64,000 nt of DNA from an uncultured Planctomycetota bacterium (GTDB lineage: Bacteria; Planctomycetota; PLA2; JAEUHO01): contig CAVVXN010000002.1 of NCBI GenBank assembly GCA_963752285.1, forward strand, positions 64,001-128,000, read 5' to 3'. The notes beneath the pieces are model-generated. The model searched no databases, was not told the DNA's origin, and saw only the letters and a program-made list of their open reading frames with translations. This document shows, piece after piece, positions 59,336-64,000 of this stretch. Numbering within the stretch: the stretch's first letter is position 1; each line of letters begins with the position of its first letter. The translations under genes were made by a program, and so were the position numbers.

Positions 59336-60663
59336 TCCGGGCGCTCGAGATCGAGGCGCCCCCGTTCGCGCTCCGGATGCCGGGCCGTGCGCCGCTCCTC
59401 GTCGCGATGGCCTGCGCCCTCTGGGCGGGCGTCGATACGGGGCCTTGGGCGCTCGAAGGGTCGCCCGCGACGGGGATCGAGTGGGTCCACTACGCGCGCA
59501 CCCTGCTCCCGCTGGTCGTCCTGGCGGCATCGGCCCTCTACCTGCTCGGGCGGAGCGCGCTCGGAGGTGCGGTCGAGTCGGGCTCTTCCTCCCTCCCCGC
59601 GTCGGTGAGCTGCTTGATCGTGTACGGGGTCCTCGCGGCCGTCGGGGGCGCCATGTCCGCGCGGCCCGCCTGGGCGGCCTACTGGGCGGCGGCGTACTTC
59701 GGGGTCTTCCTCGCGCTGATCGCGGCGCTCCGGGCTCTCCGCGACGAGCCGCACGAGCGCGCCGCCCGGATCTGCAACCAGGTCACGTGGCTCATCGCCG
59801 CGGCGGTGCTCGCCGTCCTGGTCCTCGTCTCGGGGCGCGGACTGTTGGTCCACACGCGGGAGGGCCTCAGCGGGTACGGCGTCGTCAATCGGGTGGGGGC
59901 GGTGGGCGGGGTTCTCGTGTCGCGTGCCTCGGGATTCTCCCGGTTCGCCGCGATCCCCTGCGTCGTCGGGTTCGCCTGGTTCCTGAGGACGCGCGGGGCG
60001 CTCCGCTGGACCCTGGGGGTGGTCGTGGTCGCGTCGGCCGCCCTCGTCTACTGGATGCAGTCGCGCGGCGCGACGGTGGGTACGGCGGGCGCGCTCCTCT
60101 TCGTCGCGCTCCTCGCCGGTCGCCGGATCCGCCTGGGTCTCGCCGTGATGGCGCTCGCCCTGGTCATCGCCGTGCTCGGAGAGTGGGTCTCGGCCCAGGC
60201 CGTGCAGCGTGTCGAGGAGCAGCTCAGCCGCGGTCAGCACGCGCGGGAGCTCGGCTCCCTCACGGGCCGGACCCAGACGTGGGAAGCGGCCTGGGGGAGC
60301 CTCCAGGAAGACCCCTTGATCGGGCGCGGCTTCCAGGCGGACCGATCGATCCTCCACGCGCACGTGCACAACGCGCTCCTGTACGCGTGGCTGGCGGCGG
60401 GGCTCCCCGGCCTGTTGGCCTTCGCGGCGGGCTTCGTCGTGGCCTGGCGCGACCTCCTGCGTGTGGTCCGCGCCCGTGCGCCGAACGCGAGCGTGCTGGA
60501 CGCCACGACGTTGGCGTGCGGCGGGCTGCTCGTCTTCTTCAGCGCCCGGCTGATCCCGGAAGCCTCGGGCGCGGTCTTCGGCGTGGACCTGCTCGTGCTG
60601 GTGCCGGCGATGACCTATCTGGGCGTCCGCGCGCGCTCCGCACGGGCGGACCCCCATGCCTGA
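59332..60663 (+). CDS. O-antigen ligase / Wzy-like polymerase
   Basis: Many TM helices, with SRG, TGRTQTW, PLIGRGF and HVHNA motifs. Confidence 0.85.
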   Translation: MIRALEIEAPPFALRMPGRAPLLVAMACALWAGVDTGPWALEGSPATGIEWVHYARTLLPLVVLAASALYLLGRSALGGAVESGSSSLPASVSCLIVYGVLAAVGGAMSARPAWAAYWAAAYFGVFLALIAALRALRDEPHERAARICNQVTWLIAAAVLAVLVLVSGRGLLVHTREGLSGYGVVNRVGAVGGVLVSRASGFSRFAAIPCVVGFAWFLRTRGALRWTLGVVVVASAALVYWMQSRGATVGTAGALLFVALLAGRRIRLGLAVMALALVIAVLGEWVSAQAVQRVEEQLSRGQHARELGSLTGRTQTWEAAWGSLQEDPLIGRGFQADRSILHAHVHNALLYAWLAAGLPGLLAFAAGFVVAWRDLLRVVRARAPNASVLDATTLACGGLLVFFSARLIPEASGAVFGVDLLVLVPAMTYLGVRARSARADPHA

Positions 60664-61936
60664 AGGACGCCTACGACCCCGGGTCCTCCTCGTCGCGTAC
60701 GCCTGCGATCCCCACCGCGGCTCGGAGGAGGGCGTCGGCTGGGGGTGGGTACGAGCGATCGCACAGCATGCGGACGTCGAGGTGCTGACCGCCCACCATC
60801 ACCGCGCATCCGTTCTGCGCTGCCTTCCGGGGTCCGGTCTTTGCCGCGTCGGGTTCCGATTCGTTCCCCCCCGTCCCTGGCACTACCGACCCTCGCCCGG
60901 ATGGCGACGGATCGAGGGCTCGATCCTGAAACCGCTGATGAACTGGGCCTACGCACGATGGCTGGACGACGCGCTTCGCGTGGCCCGGAGGCTCCACCGT
61001 GCGCGCCCCTTCGACCTCGTCCACCTCGTGACGTACGTGGGCTACCGGTTTCCGGGGCGATTCTGGCAACTGGGGATTCCCTTCGTCTGGGGACCCATCG
61101 GAGGTCTCGAGAACACGCCCTGGCGCTTCCTGCCGGCGCTCGGATGGAGCGGGGCCCTCTACTACACCGGGCGCAACCTGGTGAACGACCTGCAACGTCG
61201 CGTCCTCCCGGGGCCGCGCAGAGCCTTCCGCCGGGCGAGCGCCGTGATCGCCGCCACGGGGGCCATCGAGCGTGAGATCCGGCGTTGGTATGGCGTGCCC
61301 GCTCGGGTGATCTCCGAGGTCGGGCTCCCCGACGCCCGCCCGGGGGAGGTGCGACATCGAGGGACCGACGAGCCGCTACGTCTCGTCTGGAGCGGCGAAC
61401 ACCTGCCGGGAAAGGCGCTGCCGCTCCTGTTCCGTGCGCTCGTGTCGAGCGAGGCGCCGGCGTCGTGGCGGCTCACCGTCCTCGGGGAGGGCCCTTGCAC
61501 CGCGGCCTGGCGGAAGCTGTCGGACCGCCTCGGCCTCGCCGATCGCTGCGAGTGGACGGGATGGATCCCGCGTGAAGCGGCGCTCGCGACGATGCGAGCG
61601 TCTCACCTGCTGGTCGTGACGAGCATGAAGGACCTCACCTCGACCGTGGTCCTGGAGGGCATGTCGCTGGGCCTCGCGGTGGTGTGCCCGGACCACTGTG
61701 GGTTCCCCGACGCGGTCACGTCCGGATGCGGACTGCGCGTCCCGGTGACCCGGCCGGCCGCGTTCGTGTCGGGGCTGGCCCGCGCGCTGCGCAGCCTTCA
61801 CGACGACGAGGCCCTGCGTCGGCGGCTGGCTGCCGGCGCGCTTCGACGCGCCGAAGCGTACTCCTGGAACGTCAAGGCCTTGAAGATCCGCGATGAGTAC
61901 AGCCGTGTTCTCGGACTCGCTCGCGCATCCGCCTAG
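60656..61936 (+). CDS. glycosyltransferase family 4
   Basis: YACDPHRGSEEGVGW, FVWGPIGG and VVLEGMSLG motifs. Confidence 0.88.
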   Translation: MPEGRLRPRVLLVAYACDPHRGSEEGVGWGWVRAIAQHADVEVLTAHHHRASVLRCLPGSGLCRVGFRFVPPRPWHYRPSPGWRRIEGSILKPLMNWAYARWLDDALRVARRLHRARPFDLVHLVTYVGYRFPGRFWQLGIPFVWGPIGGLENTPWRFLPALGWSGALYYTGRNLVNDLQRRVLPGPRRAFRRASAVIAATGAIEREIRRWYGVPARVISEVGLPDARPGEVRHRGTDEPLRLVWSGEHLPGKALPLLFRALVSSEAPASWRLTVLGEGPCTAAWRKLSDRLGLADRCEWTGWIPREAALATMRASHLLVVTSMKDLTSTVVLEGMSLGLAVVCPDHCGFPDAVTSGCGLRVPVTRPAAFVSGLARALRSLHDDEALRRRLAAGALRRAEAYSWNVKALKIRDEYSRVLGLARASA

Positions 61937-61937
61937 C

Positions 61938-62900
61938 GTGCCCGCGGGGGACGACGCGCGTCCTCCGGGCCTGCGGGCGCGGGCGCTCCGGCGTCTCGTT
62001 CGGTGCTTGCCCCTGGCCGGCGGGCAGTACCGACTCGTCAACCACGCCGCCCTCCGCTCGTGGGGACGGGAGGGCGGCATCCAGGTCGCCGACCTCCGGC
62101 ACGGCGGTCGCGTCCTCTGCGATCTCCGGGACAACGACGGGCGCGCGTTGTGGTTCGCGGGGACCAACGATCCGCGGCTCTCCCTCCTCCTCTCGCGGTT
62201 GATCCGCGAGGGGGACACGGTCGTGGACGTCGGGGCGAACCATGGCGAGTACTCCCTGCTCGCCGCGAGCCTCGTCGGCCCGCACGGGCGCGTCGTCGCG
62301 GTCGAGCCGAACCCGCTCCTCGCCGATCGACTCTCCGAGGCCGTTCGCCAAACCGGGGCCACGAACGTCACGGTGGTGCCGCTCGCCCTCTCCGACCGGG
62401 ACGGTCGCTCGACGCTCTGCTGGTATCGCGGTTGGACCGGGGGCGGGCACCTGGCGCGAGGCTCCGCGCGACGCGGGCCGTCCGCGGAGGTGGTGGTGGC
62501 GCGCGGAGACGAGATCCTGCCCCGTCTCGCGCCGACGTGCGCGAGGCTCCTCAAGATCGACACCGAGGGGCACGAGGCCTCCGTACTGGCCGGGGCCACG
62601 CGCTGGATCGAGACCGTTCGCCCGGACCTGATCGTGGTCGAGTCGGATCCGCGCCCGCGCGCCGACGGCTCGTGTCCCGCCCTCGCCCGTCTCGAGGCGC
62701 TCGGCTCGTACGCGCTCTTCGAGATCCCGCGATCGCTGGGTCGGCCGAGGCCCCGCGTCCTCCGACGCGGCGCTGCGACCCGCCGGACGGGACGGGACGT
62801 CCTCGCCGTGCGGGCGGACCTCCTTCCCGAGGTCCGGTCGGCGCTCGGACCGTGCGCCTGGTCGGGGAGCCGCCGCCCCCGGGACGGGCTCCGGGCTGCC
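61938..62900 (+). CDS. FkbM-family methyltransferase domain (missing from the ORF track; reads in frame into the next domain)
   Basis: Hand translation from GTG 61938 gives VVDVGANHGEY, VAVEPNP and LKIDTEGHE. Confidence 0.85.
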
Positions 62901-62930
62901 CGCCGCCCGCAAGGGCGTGCGGGCGGTCGC

Positions 62931-63756
62931 GCCGTCACGGTGCTCGGGTCCCTGGTGGACCTCATCGACGTGCACGCCGCGGTGGAGGTGATCCAGGGCT
63001 GGATCCGAGCGCGGGGCGCCCGGACGCGGCGGCTCACCGTCACGGGCTTCCACGGGATCTGGGAGGCCGCCCGTTCCGATTCCCTCCGTCGGGTCCTCAA
63101 CTCGAGCGACCTCTGGGTCCCGGACGGCATCGCGCCCGTCTGGCTGGCGCGGCTGGCGGGATCACGGCGAGCACAGCGGGTCCCCGGAGCGGAGCTGATG
63201 ACCGCGTTCTTCGACGCGGCAAACGCCCACGGCTGGCGGAGCTACTTCTACGGCGATTCCCAAGAGACCCTCGACGCCTTGGTCTCCGCGGTCGAGCGGC
63301 GGTGGCCGGGGCACGTCGTGGCGGGCGCGGCGTCGCCGCCGTTCCGGGCCCTGACCCCGCAGGAGGACCAGGAGCACGTTCAGCGCATCAACGCGGCCCG
63401 GTCCGGACGTGCTCTGGGTCGGTTTGGGCCTCCCCAAGCAGGAGCGCTGGATCCACGACCACCGGGAGCACCTGCGCGTGCCGGTGGCCGTCGGCGTCGG
63501 CGCCGCGTTCGGCTTCGTGAGCGGTCGTCAGAGACGTGCGCCGGCTTGGATGGGCCGGGCCGGGCTCGAGTGGCTCCACCGCCTCTCGTCCACGCCGAGG
63601 CGCACCTGGCGGCGCGTGTTCGTCCAGGCCCCGGCGTTCGGCGCGGCCGTCCTCCTGGAGCGCATCGGCGCGCTCCGGTACGAGCCCTGTCGGCGTCGCA
63701 CGGGGTACGGGAGGGGAGAGGGTCAGAACCGAACGATGAAGTGCCAGGCGAGCTGA
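62931..63756 (+). CDS. WecB/TagA/CpsF-family glycosyltransferase (frameshift near 63402)
   Basis: VPDGIAPVW, RVPGAELM, SPPFR, LWVGLGLPKQE and RRAPAWM...GLEWLHRL motifs. Confidence 0.88.
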
Positions 63757-64000
63757 GGGATCGCCACGAGCTCGAACGTGTTCTGCCGCGTGGCCACCAG
63801 CGCGCTGACCTCGGGTCCCGTGGTGAAGGCGTCCGTGATGTCCCACTCCCAGCCCAGGCCGACGTACCCGCCGTAGAAGTCCCCGGCGTGCCCGAAGAGA
63901 TGGGTCGGTCCGCCGACGCGCGTCCAGGAGGCGCCGGCGCGGACCACGGGGTGCGCGCGCGAGAGCGGCCGAAACGACGCCTTGAGGCCGCCCTGGACCT
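63723..64000 (-). CDS. probable outer-membrane protein, 3' end (partial)
   Basis: Alternating beta-strand pattern ending LAWHFIVRF*. Confidence 0.55.
   Translation of the reverse strand, partial: VQGGLKASFRPLSRAHPVVRAGASWTRVGGPTHLFGHAGDFYGGYVGLGWEWDITDAFTTGPEVSALVATRQNTFELVAIPQLAWHFIVRF

Overview
This is a very GC-rich bacterial window, probably Planctomycetota-like; that is an inference from the ECF sigma/Ser-Thr kinase pair and the many PEP-CTERM proteins. Many genes carry single-base frameshifts that look like long-read assembly errors. The left part holds sulfate activation (cysD end, cysNC), glycan-modifying genes, a Wza paralogue, an ECF sigma factor, a TauE exporter and a very long GlmS-like gene. 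The middle (about 19-41 kb) is a plastic region. It contains a segmental duplication carrying two PEP-CTERM 7x39-aa RCC1-like repeat proteins that vary only at a few non-synonymous codons, plus IS91-like and hipBA remnants and a 92-bp palindromic element in several copies. It also has two more ECF modules, an IS3-family element, two paralogous small basic proteins and a DUF222-like/HNH/RuvB fusion gene. The right part is a Wzy-type polysaccharide operon. The best candidates for something undescribed are the hypervariable repeat proteins and the HNH-RuvB fusion. No rRNA, tRNA or CRISPR array was recognised.
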